Shown: positions 9,568 through 19,111 of the stretch, piece after piece
How positions within the stretch are numbered: position 1 is the first letter of the stretch
Layout of the letters: each line of letters opens with the position of its first letter
Assembly: GCA_031271635.1 (NCBI GenBank)
Contig: JAISVG010000033.1
Span: forward strand, 1-37,388
DNA length: 37,388 nucleotides
Direction: 5' to 3'
From: Erysipelotrichaceae bacterium
GTDB lineage: Bacteria > Bacillota_I > Bacilli_A > RFN20 > CAG-826
Program-made: the position numbers and the translations under genes
The notes under the pieces: model-generated
The model's database searches: none
Told to the model about the DNA's origin: nothing
The model's input: the letters and a program-made list of their open reading frames with translations, nothing else

Positions 9568-9803
9568 TTTTCCACAAAAAAAAGTCTTGGAAAAGATGAA
9601 TTTATCGTTTAAAACCAGTTTTCCACAAAATAAATATATGGATAAAATGTTAATTCCACAGCAATTGTGGAAAATGGTGATTTTGATAAAATGGTTTTCC
9701 ACATTAAGAAAGTTTTCCACAGCGACTTTAACACAATCAATACATCATATTTTTATAGTTTTCCACATTTCATTTTGTCCAGAAAATAGCGTTTTGTGGA
9801 AAA
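9568..9803. promoter_or_regulatory. oriC DnaA-box cluster
   Basis: TTTTCCACA at 9568, 9619, 9695, 9713 and 9759; reverse TGTGGAAAA at 9666 and 9795; near matches TATGGATAA (9637) and AATTCCACA (9652). Gene orientation diverges around this region. Confidence 0.9.
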
Positions 9804-9953
9804 CAAAAAGGCCTCGATAACACTCTAAGAACCACCTCTTACATCAAAGAAATTTTGAAGAAATCCTAAGACTAGATAAAAAAACAAGAGATTATAAAAA
9901 AGCGAGGCCTTTAATGATTGCTAAGAATCCCGCTTAACGTTTGCATAACATTC

Positions 9954-11537
9954 TTAAATAAGACGCTTTCTTCTAAAAACGAAGAAAGAAACCGCCAGCG
10001 ACGAAGCAAGGGAGGCGGCGATGACGGTAATCACAATCGCGGTGTTTTCTTCATTCATAATGAGACTAATTTGTGAAGCCGCGTTTGTATACATTCCCCA
10101 CATAGCATCGTGTTTTTCTTGAAGACTAACAAGATAAGACGTACCTCTAACTTGAAGATAGTTGGTATGGGTTTCAGGGTAATCATAGAACTCTTCTTGT
10201 AATGATCCGGTGAATTTTGGTGTTCCAGAACCTTCTTGGTAAAGGTAGGTGGTGTTTACGGTGCCGTAATCTCCATAACCGTTATGGACATCAGAATCGC
10301 AAGTAAAGTAAGCTTCCAATACTTTTACTAAAAAGGCATCGCTAGTAGCAGAAGCCGCTCCTAGAAAGACAGTAGAATTAGCGGTGTTGCTATTAATTAC
10401 GTGGATCAAGTTATTATTAATGGCACCAAAAGTCTGGTAAGTCATTTCCATTGTTGCGACTTGAAAGGCTCCATCAGCATTGTAGCGCTTAAATTGGTAT
10501 GTAAAACTACTTTCATGAATGGCAGCATGAGGGATGTCAAATACCACATACCAAATATCATCAGCGGCGTTATGAAGATAAGTGGTCGGGAATACTTCGC
10601 GATCAACAGTGCTTGACCAGTAGTGGAATTTAGTAATGTGGGTTGAATCGGACCAAACATTACGATTGACAAAGAAACGAACATAGTCTGAGGTCATTGG
10701 TAGCGGTTCCCAACTGACACTTTTGTTTTGTCCAGCAGCACCGCTTCCAACAATTGCGTATGCATGATCATAGATAACATTATTAATGTTTGGGGTTTGG
10801 TTTGTAGTTCCTCCAGCATTATTATGAAAAATCACTTTTGAAAGATACATGTCATTTAGAATCGGAACTTCTACTTCAAAAAGGCCAGCAAACTTACTTG
10901 AAGCGGTGGCCTGAACTCCAGGCCAGCCTCCAGCAAAGACGTTATTGATTGTATGAATTGGTGCAGAGGCCGAATCCTTAGATTCTTGATAGTAATGAAC
11001 ATAAGGGGCGGAAGTAGTCGACCAGCCGGAGGCGGCATCAACTTTCACGTAAATGGTTTTAGTGTCTTTCCAGTTTACGGTTTCAAAATCACGTTCTTGA
11101 TAGGTTGAGCCAGAATAATTTTTAAGACGAAAATAATTGGTTCCATCTCGGACATCAGCAGCGCCGACCCAGAGCATTTGATTCTGATTAGAGCCACGGT
11201 TATAAACATAGAATCTAAAACCGGCATTGTTATTATTGAGGACGGCATTTGGAACATCGTAGTACCAAAGGGTATCGCTGATTTTATTAGCAAAATATTC
11301 TTGATCAGCTGACCCCGTCCAAATATGAATATGGGTTTCATCAGCAATCCACCAACCTAGTGAGGATCCGATTTCGGCTTTATCTAAGAAAAATCTTCTT
11401 GTGTTTGCCGTTTCTGCTGGCAAAGTCGCCTTGGTTTCGACGATACTATTGTCAGGATGCTGAATTAATAGCACCGACCCTAATAACATTAAAACCGATA
11501 ATCCAAAGAAAGCTGGTATTAAATTTCTCTTGCTCAT
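9954..11537 (-). CDS. secreted, C-terminally anchored surface protein with putative starch-binding (CBM26-like) modules
   Basis: N-terminal hydrophobic signal and a C-terminal TM helix followed by RRKR. The central module TIYVKV..GWS..PYVHYY..GWPGV..FEVEVP..KVIFHNN..QTPNI resembles CBM26-type domains. Confidence 0.55.
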   Translation of the reverse strand: MSKRNLIPAFFGLSVLMLLGSVLLIQHPDNSIVETKATLPAETANTRRFFLDKAEIGSSLGWWIADETHIHIWTGSADQEYFANKISDTLWYYDVPNAVLNNNNAGFRFYVYNRGSNQNQMLWVGAADVRDGTNYFRLKNYSGSTYQERDFETVNWKDTKTIYVKVDAASGWSTTSAPYVHYYQESKDSASAPIHTINNVFAGGWPGVQATASSKFAGLFEVEVPILNDMYLSKVIFHNNAGGTTNQTPNINNVIYDHAYAIVGSGAAGQNKSVSWEPLPMTSDYVRFFVNRNVWSDSTHITKFHYWSSTVDREVFPTTYLHNAADDIWYVVFDIPHAAIHESSFTYQFKRYNADGAFQVATMEMTYQTFGAINNNLIHVINSNTANSTVFLGAASATSDAFLVKVLEAYFTCDSDVHNGYGDYGTVNTTYLYQEGSGTPKFTGSLQEEFYDYPETHTNYLQVRGTSYLVSLQEKHDAMWGMYTNAASQISLIMNEENTAIVITVIAASLASSLAVSFFVFRRKRLI

Positions 11538-11544
11538 TAAGCAA

Positions 11545-11573
11545 ATTTTATTTTATTTATGCGGCTTTGTAAA
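11545..11573 (-). promoter_or_regulatory. putative promoter of the 527-aa surface protein (leaderless configuration)
   Basis: Minus strand reads TTTACA-N17-TAAAAT, then 7 nt, then ATG. Confidence 0.55.
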
Positions 11574-11832
11574 CCCTTTTATGCGAAAAAATCGATTTTT
11601 TTATTAGTAGCATATGAGTTTTTATCAAAAAGATAAAGCATTTTTACCCCACTAAATTGTAGTTTACTCACCCCTTTGTGAACTACATTTTGAGCAGGAT
11701 TGCTTGTTAAAATGATGACTATATAAGAGGTTTTAAGGAAACTTTATTTCTATAAACGCTTCTTTTTACGAAATAAAGGTCTTATTTTTAAAAATAACGA
11801 AAGAGTTTTTTCTTGATTGTTGCCTGTAAGGT

Positions 11833-11861
11833 TTGACACGTATATAGTAAAACTATATAAT
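11833..11861 (+). promoter_or_regulatory. consensus sigma-A promoter of the rpmH operon
   Basis: TTGACA (11833-11838)-N17-TATAAT (11856-11861); GAGGT Shine-Dalgarno before rpmH. Confidence 0.88.
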
Positions 11862-11891
11862 TAATTAGCATATATTCGCGAGGTACAAATT

Positions 11892-12026
11892 ATGAAAAGA
11901 ACATATCAACCCAGTAAAAGAAAACATTCAAACGTCAGCGGCTTTCGTGCTCGAATGGCGACCGCCAATGGGAGAAACACCATAGCAAGAAGACGCGCTA
12001 AAGGAAGAGCAGCGGTTTCGGCTTAG
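11892..12026 (+). CDS. rpmH: 50S ribosomal protein L34
   Basis: Not in the ORF track. Translates as [44 protein letters not shown] (44 aa). Confidence 0.98.
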   Translation: MKRTYQPSKRKHSNVSGFRARMATANGRNTIARRRAKGRAAVSA

Positions 12027-12029
12027 GAA

Positions 12030-12359
12030 ATGAAAGTTTATTATCGCTTAAGAAGAAATCAAGACTTTAATCTCATTATTAAAACTGGAAATCGAACCGA
12101 GACCAACATCGCTACTATCTATCATCAAGAAAACGGTCTCTCTCATCTAAGAATTGGACTAGTTACCAGTAAGAAAATCGGAAACGCGGTTCTTCGTAAT
12201 AAAGTAAGAAGACAACTACGGGCCATGCTCCAAGACTTAAAACTTAATTACCCCTTCGATATTGTCATTAAAGTTAAAGAGCCATACTTGAATAATTCTT
12301 ATTCCGATAACGAAACGATTATTAACGAAACATTGCAAAGGATCATTAATCATGAATAA
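12030..12359 (+). CDS. rnpA: ribonuclease P protein component
   Basis: YRLRRNQDF and RIGLVTSKKIGNAVLRNKVRRQLR (RNR motif region); follows rpmH. Confidence 0.96.
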   Translation: MKVYYRLRRNQDFNLIIKTGNRTETNIATIYHQENGLSHLRIGLVTSKKIGNAVLRNKVRRQLRAMLQDLKLNYPFDIVIKVKEPYLNNSYSDNETIINETLQRIINHE

Positions 12360-13935
12360 AACAAAAAAAACTCTGACTCTAGTTAGTATTACGCTTGGCG
12401 CCTTGCTGGTTCTTAGTGGCTGTACCCAGAATTTCTGCAGCGAAAAAGATTTAGCACATATCTCATTCTTGCTTGATGAAGGCGTGAGTACATACATCTC
12501 ACAAGATGAGTTTAATAAGCTTGATGCTGAAGAACAAGCGACTTACCATACCTTAAATTTTGATACTAATGCGAACGCAACAGTTTATACTAATGTTGCC
12601 TTTGAAAATAATCCTACTTTAAAAGAAGTAATGGATATGGTTACATCATACGGAAGCTGGAATCCATCGCTTCGTTTCTGGGAACAGATTGACCATTTAA
12701 CGTTGATGGCAGCGATTAAGGCTTTTAATGACGAATATACTCAAACAAAAGGAGTTAGTGATTTAGTCTTTATTTTTACTGATGCGACGAGTGAATATTA
12801 TAACGGCGATACTCGTAGTAAACTCGCGCTCGATACTGGTTCAAAATTAGTTCCTATTTTACAAGAATATGGTTACCAAAAGTTTTATGGGCCAGAAGGA
12901 ATTCGTTTTGGAAATCTTGAAACCTGGATTAATACCCTCAAAGTATCGCTTGGAACAGCGGAAACGCCGAACGCAGATTTCATGAATATTTATAAAAGTT
13001 CGATTACAAATAAAGCTAATCAAATTAGAACCTGCATTGCTACTAAAGATGGTTATTATGCTAACTTTGGTCCTAATAATGTTGCGGTTAAGATTTCAAC
13101 CAAAGATTGGTCTTATGCTTGGGAAAAAGGAGTGATTGAAGGTCTATTAGTTTATCCAATCGCGTGGCTTGTTGATTCAATGTCTTTTGCTTTCGGCGCA
13201 GGCGGCTGGGGTCAACTCTTAGCGATCTTTTTAATGACGCTTATTATTCGTGGTCTCTTACAAGCTATTACTTTTAAAGCGACAAGATCACAGGCAAAAA
13301 TGACACAACTGCAACCAGAAATTGCGAGACTACAAGAAAAGTATCCGAACGCCAATACAAATAAATACGAAAAACAACGTCTCTCACAAGAACAACTAGC
13401 GCTTTATAAGAAGAATGGAATTAATATGTTTGCACCGTTTCTAGTAATGATCGTGCAGTTCCCAATCTTTATTGCGGTTTGGGGCGCTTTTAATGGAGCT
13501 TCAGTTTTAGCTAGTGACACCGTCATGGGATTAAGACTAAGCGATACTATTTCGCAAGTAATTACGAACTGGTCAAACTGGGGCACCGGGGCGAACGGGC
13601 TTTGGGTGGCGGTTTCGCTATTTGTGTTAATGTCAGTGGCCCAATTCCTCCAAATGTGGATTCCTCAAAGAATACAAAAGAAGAACAACGAAAAAGTGGC
13701 ACGTCTTGCAGCAAATCCTGCGAAAAAGTCACAAGCTAATCAGATGAAGATTGTTCAATATATCATGATTGCTGTTATTATTTTCATGGGCTTTACTCTT
13801 CCAAGCGCGATGGGCTTCTACTGGCTTATTAGTGCTCTCATCTCTTTAGGGATTAGTTTATTAATTCAAAAATTAATTGCTCGGGGATCGAAAAACAAAA
13901 ACAACAAAACGAAAGTGAGGACGATAAAAAGATGA
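12352..13935 (+). CDS. yidC: membrane protein insertase YidC with lipoprotein signal and long N-terminal domain
   Basis: Lipobox LVLSGC. The C-terminal half has LQPEIARLQEKY, QLALYKKNGIN, VQFPIFIAVW and PSAMGFYW. Synteny rnpA-yidC-jag. Confidence 0.92.
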   Translation: MNKTKKTLTLVSITLGALLVLSGCTQNFCSEKDLAHISFLLDEGVSTYISQDEFNKLDAEEQATYHTLNFDTNANATVYTNVAFENNPTLKEVMDMVTSYGSWNPSLRFWEQIDHLTLMAAIKAFNDEYTQTKGVSDLVFIFTDATSEYYNGDTRSKLALDTGSKLVPILQEYGYQKFYGPEGIRFGNLETWINTLKVSLGTAETPNADFMNIYKSSITNKANQIRTCIATKDGYYANFGPNNVAVKISTKDWSYAWEKGVIEGLLVYPIAWLVDSMSFAFGAGGWGQLLAIFLMTLIIRGLLQAITFKATRSQAKMTQLQPEIARLQEKYPNANTNKYEKQRLSQEQLALYKKNGINMFAPFLVMIVQFPIFIAVWGAFNGASVLASDTVMGLRLSDTISQVITNWSNWGTGANGLWVAVSLFVLMSVAQFLQMWIPQRIQKKNNEKVARLAANPAKKSQANQMKIVQYIMIAVIIFMGFTLPSAMGFYWLISALISLGISLLIQKLIARGSKNKNNKTKVRTIKR

Positions 13936-14543
13936 AAAAAGTGTATTTAGGAAAAACCCTTGATGATGCTATCGCGGCTGCGGCACACGAAAAAGGCATT
14001 GATGTTAGTGAGGTTATTTATCTTCAACTTGAAGACAAAAAAGGTTTCCTTGGTCTTTCTAGTAAAGCCCAAATCGAAGTTTATGAGATGGAAGATGTCT
14101 TGAAGTATTTAGAACTTTACCTAACAAGAATTATTGAAGCATATGGTATCGGAATTGAACTCGTCAGCGCTTCTTATGAGCACGAAGTTATTAATGTGGA
14201 TATTGATACCGTTCATAATTCAGTATTAATCGGGGCGCATGGCGATACTTTAAAAGCTTTAAACGATGTGGCACGACACGCTTTAAATGCGACTTTCCAT
14301 CGTCATTTTAGAGTTTTATTAAATGTTTCTGATTATAAGTTTCGCCGTTACAATAAGATTATTAATCTCGCCAAAAAACTTGCTGGCGAAGTAGTAAAGA
14401 CGAAAACCGATATTTCACTTGATGGAATGTCAAGCGATGAAAGAAGAGTGATCCATAACGAATTATCAACCATGGAACATATTAAGACAGAATCAACCGG
14501 ACAAGGGAAAGAAAGACATATTGTAATTAAGTACGTCGAATAA
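13932..14543 (+). CDS. jag: Jag/EloR/KhpB RNA-binding protein
   Basis: Jag_N (GKTLDDAI...KKGFLGL), KH (LIGAHGDTLKAL) and R3H (ERRVIHNEL...TESTGQG). Confidence 0.92.
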   Translation: MKKVYLGKTLDDAIAAAAHEKGIDVSEVIYLQLEDKKGFLGLSSKAQIEVYEMEDVLKYLELYLTRIIEAYGIGIELVSASYEHEVINVDIDTVHNSVLIGAHGDTLKALNDVARHALNATFHRHFRVLLNVSDYKFRRYNKIINLAKKLAGEVVKTKTDISLDGMSSDERRVIHNELSTMEHIKTESTGQGKERHIVIKYVE

Positions 14544-14547
14544 AAAC

Positions 14548-15867
14548 ATGAATGCACCGATTATTGCTTTGGCCACCCCACCAATTAAAAGCGCTTTGGC
14601 AATAATCCGGTTATCGGGCCGAGATGTAATTTCATTGACTCAAGAATTTTTAGGAATCTCTTTTAAAACAGAAGCAAAAACCATGATTAAACATGGCTTT
14701 TTTTCTTTCAATCATCAGAAGCTTGATGAAGTGGTGGTGCTTTTCTATTTTGCTCCTTATTCATTTACGGGCGAAGATGTCGTGGAACTTATCACTCATG
14801 GTTCAATGATTATTGTCCATGAAATCATTAATGCTTATTTAAGTAAGGGAGTCACTTTAGCTAAACGAGGTGAGTTTTCCTTAAGAGCTTTTTTAAATCA
14901 TAAGATTGATTTACTCCAAGCGGAAGCAATTAATGATTTAATTAATGCTACTACTCCAAGTAGTAAGCGTTTAGCACTTGAGAGTCTTGAAGGCATTCCA
15001 AGCCAGCAACTAGTAACGCTAAAAGACGAACTCGAAACAACCCTTGCGCGGCTTGAAGTCGCAATTGACTTTTCAGAATATCGTCATCTGACGGAAGTTA
15101 ACATTCAAGAACAAAAAGCGGTTATTTTAAGAATAAGAGAGCAATTTAAGAAGATTTATCAAGTAGGCCAAAAACAAAAGCTGATTAAAGACGGAGTTAA
15201 GGTGGCGATTTTAGGACGTCCTAATGCTGGAAAATCATCTTTACTCAACGCTTTACTTAATAAGGATCGTGCGATTGTTTCTAGTGTTCCAGGAACGACA
15301 CGAGATACGATTGAGGATAGTGTTATTATTAACGGGATTAAATACACCTTTATTGATACTGCTGGGCTTAGAGATAGCAGCGACTTTATCGAAAAAGAAG
15401 GCGTGAAACGAACCTATAAGACTTTAAAGGAAGTGGATTTAATCATCTATTTATATGAGCAAACAGCTGATCATGAAGTCCCTTTAACCATTAAGCAGAG
15501 CAAAAAACCGCTAATTGTGGTGGTGAACAAGGCTGATTTAGTAAGAGATAAAATTAAGGATACTTTATACGTTACGGCAATCAAAAAACACATCAAACCT
15601 TTGATTAATAAAATGGAAGAAGTTTTAAGTCTTGATGTTTCTTTAAATGAAAACACCGTGGTTAATTCTTTTGAAGGGTTAAGCATCGTAAGAAGGATTA
15701 TTATGGTTTTAGGAAAGACCATAACTTCGTTTAATAAACAATTACCGCTTGAAATCGCTTTGATTCCGCTTCAAGAAGCCTATGCCTTGATGTTAGAACT
15801 ATTAGGACAAAGATTTAATCGCGATCTAACTGAAGCGGTTTTTTCACGGTTTTGTGTGGGGAAATAG
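14548..15867 (+). CDS. mnmE: tRNA modification GTPase MnmE
   Basis: IIALATP, SFTGEDVVE, GRPNAGKSS, GTTRD, DTAG, NKAD and C-terminal FCVGK. Confidence 0.97.
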   Translation: MNAPIIALATPPIKSALAIIRLSGRDVISLTQEFLGISFKTEAKTMIKHGFFSFNHQKLDEVVVLFYFAPYSFTGEDVVELITHGSMIIVHEIINAYLSKGVTLAKRGEFSLRAFLNHKIDLLQAEAINDLINATTPSSKRLALESLEGIPSQQLVTLKDELETTLARLEVAIDFSEYRHLTEVNIQEQKAVILRIREQFKKIYQVGQKQKLIKDGVKVAILGRPNAGKSSLLNALLNKDRAIVSSVPGTTRDTIEDSVIINGIKYTFIDTAGLRDSSDFIEKEGVKRTYKTLKEVDLIIYLYEQTADHEVPLTIKQSKKPLIVVVNKADLVRDKIKDTLYVTAIKKHIKPLINKMEEVLSLDVSLNENTVVNSFEGLSIVRRIIMVLGKTITSFNKQLPLEIALIPLQEAYALMLELLGQRFNRDLTEAVFSRFCVGK

Positions 15868-15869
15868 TA

Positions 15870-16700
15870 ATGTTTGATACCCATACCCATTTAAATCATC
15901 CAGAGCTTTTGAAGCGTTTGGATGCTGAGATTCAAGACATTAAAAAGGCCGGAGTTAATTATCTTTTGGTGCCAGGATATGATCTTGCTAGTTCTAAACA
16001 GGCGCTTGAAATTACAAAGCAAGATCCAGATATTTATTGTTCGATTGGAATCCATCCTTATGATGTGGTTAAAAACTATTATCAGTTCGCAAAGCATCAA
16101 AAGATTGAAGCACAAAGGGTAAGTCAGTTTATCGATTATTTAAAACAAGAATTAACAAAGCTTTTATCCCTTGGCGGGGCTAAGATTAAAGCTATTGGTG
16201 AGATTGGTCTTGATTTTCACTGGAATAAAGAGTCAGAGGAACGAGAACTACAACTCACCGTGTTTCGAGCTTTGATTGCTTTTGCCATTTCCGTAAAACT
16301 ACCAGTCATCGTTCACTCACGTGACGCAGGAGAAGAGACGTATAATATCATTAAGGAATACACAGCACAGACATCATTTATCATGCATTGCTATAGCTAT
16401 GATGAGATAATGGTGCAGCAATTCTTGAGTTTAGATTGTTATATTGCGGTAGGCGGAGTAATCACATACAAGAGCGCGGCCCTCCTAAAACAAGCTATCC
16501 TCAAAGTACCACTTAAGCGGTTACTATTAGAGACTGATGCCCCATACCTTACTCCGATGCCGTTTCGAGGCCAAACGAACTCAAGTAAATACTTGCCACT
16601 AATTGTAACAGCACTAAGCACGTTATTAAACCGTCCCGAAACAGTGATCAAACAGGAAACAACGACGAATGCCAAAAGAGTCTTTAAAATATCATCTTGA
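15870..16700 (+). CDS. tatD: TatD-family nuclease
   Basis: DTHTH, GIHP, GEIGLD, VHSR, MHCY and ETDAPY motifs. Start moved to ATG 15870. Confidence 0.92.
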   Translation: MFDTHTHLNHPELLKRLDAEIQDIKKAGVNYLLVPGYDLASSKQALEITKQDPDIYCSIGIHPYDVVKNYYQFAKHQKIEAQRVSQFIDYLKQELTKLLSLGGAKIKAIGEIGLDFHWNKESEERELQLTVFRALIAFAISVKLPVIVHSRDAGEETYNIIKEYTAQTSFIMHCYSYDEIMVQQFLSLDCYIAVGGVITYKSAALLKQAILKVPLKRLLLETDAPYLTPMPFRGQTNSSKYLPLIVTALSTLLNRPETVIKQETTTNAKRVFKISS

Positions 16701-17217
16701 GGGTGTATTAGTAGTTGAAGGACGACATGATGTTACTTTTTTGAGTAACTTTCTTGATACTTGTTATGCAATAACAAAGGGATATTTTGTTCCACGTGAA
16801 ACAATTATCTTTTTAAAACAACTAGAGGATGAACCAATATATGTCATGCTTGATCCTGATGGACCGGGGCGACAAATTGAAATGATGCTTAAATCTGAAG
16901 GCCTATTTTTCACGGCAATAAGTCTTGATAAGAAAAGTGCGCGTAACCGCCATGGGGTTGGGGTTGAGTATGCCAGCAAAGAAGCGGTTCTAACGGCGCT
17001 TCAGCCGTTTTTACATCATCAGCCACTAGATGAGACAAAAGATTCTGCGCTTCTTGAATTAGAATTACTTAGGACCAAGATTACCAAGCTTCAAAGAAAC
17101 ATCTTAGGAAGATATTTTAAGTTTGGGACCAATTTATCATCCCGCGATTTCATGAGTCGCCTTCGGGTTTTAAAAATATCTCCTAATCAAATAATTGAGG
17201 TCTTAGGCCATGAATAA
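16669..17217 (+). CDS. rnmV: Toprim-domain ribonuclease M5-like protein
   Basis: VVEGRHD, DPDGPGRQI and GVGVEYAS motifs; tatD-rnmV-ksgA synteny. Confidence 0.8.
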   Translation: MPKESLKYHLEGVLVVEGRHDVTFLSNFLDTCYAITKGYFVPRETIIFLKQLEDEPIYVMLDPDGPGRQIEMMLKSEGLFFTAISLDKKSARNRHGVGVEYASKEAVLTALQPFLHHQPLDETKDSALLELELLRTKITKLQRNILGRYFKFGTNLSSRDFMSRLRVLKISPNQIIEVLGHE

Positions 17218-17935
17218 ACAAGACATCTTGATGCTGCTTCAAAAACACGAACTCCATCCTAATAAAAACCTCGGACAGAATTTTCTTATTGATGAAGTGA
17301 TTAGTAAAAGGGTTGCAACCTTAGTTTTAAAAGAAAAGAACACACTTGAGATTGGACCAGGCTTAGGAAGTTTAACTGCGTATTTAGAACCTCAAAATTT
17401 AACTGTAGTAGAAATTGACCGCGGCTATATATCGGTTTTAAAACAGCGATTTCCAGATTTAAAGATTAAGCATGAGGATGTTTTAAAGGAAGATTTCAAT
17501 CAGTATGATGTCATTGTTGGAAACATTCCTTACTATATTACGAAAGATATTCTTTTAAAGATTGTCCTCGCGACACAAGTTTCATCAGGTGTTTTAATGG
17601 TCCAAAAAGAAGTGCTGTCGCGACTTTTAAAACCAGAGAACGAGACGCTACTAACAACCTTGATTCACTTAACTCTCGAACTTCATGAAGCCATTAAAGT
17701 TCCAAGAAGTGCTTTTTATCCTGAACCTAATGTCGACTCAACGGTTTTCACTTTTAAACGAAAGAACCGGCACCTTGATCCACAACAATTAAAAGAATTC
17801 TTACAACCCTTATTTTTGCATAAACGAAAGAAAATTAAATCTTCACTTCAAAGTGCTGGTGAATTTATGGACCATCGCATTGAAGAGTTAAACGATGAGG
17901 AAATAATACGGCTTTTTATGGCAGGAAGGAAGTAG
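17210..17935 (+). CDS. rsmA: 16S rRNA adenine dimethyltransferase KsgA
   Basis: LGQNFL, EIGPGLG, GNIPYYIT, MVQKEV and FYPEPNVDS motifs. Confidence 0.93.
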   Translation: MNKQDILMLLQKHELHPNKNLGQNFLIDEVISKRVATLVLKEKNTLEIGPGLGSLTAYLEPQNLTVVEIDRGYISVLKQRFPDLKIKHEDVLKEDFNQYDVIVGNIPYYITKDILLKIVLATQVSSGVLMVQKEVLSRLLKPENETLLTTLIHLTLELHEAIKVPRSAFYPEPNVDSTVFTFKRKNRHLDPQQLKEFLQPLFLHKRKKIKSSLQSAGEFMDHRIEELNDEEIIRLFMAGRK

Positions 17936-18010
17936 AAAGAGGGTTCTTTTTAAGATGATTGATAGTGGAATACCACTACAATCTTCCTTAATCTATGTTA
18001 TGATAGGAGT

Positions 18011-19111
18011 ATGGTTCAAGATTCAAAGCAAGTAGCTAAAACAGTTCCTCTTGAAGTAACATTATCCGCTTCAGCGGTCTCTAAGCCTCCAAGAACATCA
18101 GGGATTGAATTACTTCGCCTTTTGGCGATGCTGGCAATTGTTTTTTATCACTTAGTAGGACATGCCACCACACAGCCGCCTGTTGGAACACCGACGAGCA
18201 TCTTTTTACGATCGTTTACAGTTTTCATGCAACCGCTGCTTTGTGTTTTTATCATTATTTCGGGATATTTTTTAGTAGACTCAAAGTTTAAAATGAAAAA
18301 ACTAGTTCGATATCTAGTTCAAATCTGCTTGATTCCCTTTATAATTGCATTGGTAATGTTCCTCTTTCATAATAATTACAACATTGAGATTAAAGACGTC
18401 TTCATGAGTGCGGTTAACATTCAAGAATACTGGTTCCCCTTTACTTATCTTCTTATTTGCGCTGGTTACCCGTTAATCAATTATTTTATTCGCAAAATGC
18501 GCGAACGATCTTTCTTGATTGTAATTGGAGTCACGCTAATAATTAATATTATTTTTACAATTACAAGAATTAATATTACCTGGGTTTTTTGTAATGCGAT
18601 TTGGGCCTTACAGCTTTATTTAATTGGGGCATATCTTAAAAAATATCCGCGAAAGGCATTCGAGAAAAGACTTTTGTGGTTCATCATTAGCACAAGTTTA
18701 CTACTGATTGTTTTAGTAATTTTCATTTTTACTAGGTATAACCTTAACGAATCGCGGTTTGATTTAATTCCGGTTCTTATTGCCGTTCCAATTTTCGTTT
18801 TGTTTAAGAATTTTAAGTTCCATAATAAGTATCTTAATATCCTAGCCACGACAGTCTTTACCGTTTATTTAGTTCATGACAACATCTATCTAAGACAGTG
18901 GCTCTGGGGCGAAGTTTTTGTTCTTGAACTATATTTTAATAGTTATCACATCATCTGGTTTTCATTAGTGGCGGCTCTAACAGTATATCTAGGAGGAATT
19001 ATCCTAGGTTTAATTTACCATTATACGGTGGATTTACTCTTCCAAAAAGTGCTCGATAAACGCCTTGATAAAATGCAACAAGAGCTATTAGTTGGGACTG
19101 TTAGACAGTAA
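18011..19111 (+). CDS. acyltransferase family 3 (OafA-like) membrane protein
   Basis: RTSGIELLRLLAMLAIVFYH, FIIISGYF, YWFPFTY and TFTVYLVH motifs; about 10 TM segments. Confidence 0.85.
   Translation: MVQDSKQVAKTVPLEVTLSASAVSKPPRTSGIELLRLLAMLAIVFYHLVGHATTQPPVGTPTSIFLRSFTVFMQPLLCVFIIISGYFLVDSKFKMKKLVRYLVQICLIPFIIALVMFLFHNNYNIEIKDVFMSAVNIQEYWFPFTYLLICAGYPLINYFIRKMRERSFLIVIGVTLIINIIFTITRINITWVFCNAIWALQLYLIGAYLKKYPRKAFEKRLLWFIISTSLLLIVLVIFIFTRYNLNESRFDLIPVLIAVPIFVLFKNFKFHNKYLNILATTVFTVYLVHDNIYLRQWLWGEVFVLELYFNSYHIIWFSLVAALTVYLGGIILGLIYHYTVDLLFQKVLDKRLDKMQQELLVGTVRQ

Noticed and set aside
9568-9803. Repeated 9-mers as a CRISPR array or plasmid iterons
   Set aside because: They are too short, irregularly spaced and in both orientations, and are explained as DnaA boxes next to dnaA.
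9511-9820. 70-aa N-terminal extension of DnaA and the 77-aa plus-strand ORF
   Set aside because: Both read through the promoter and DnaA-box cluster and have no protein-like features.
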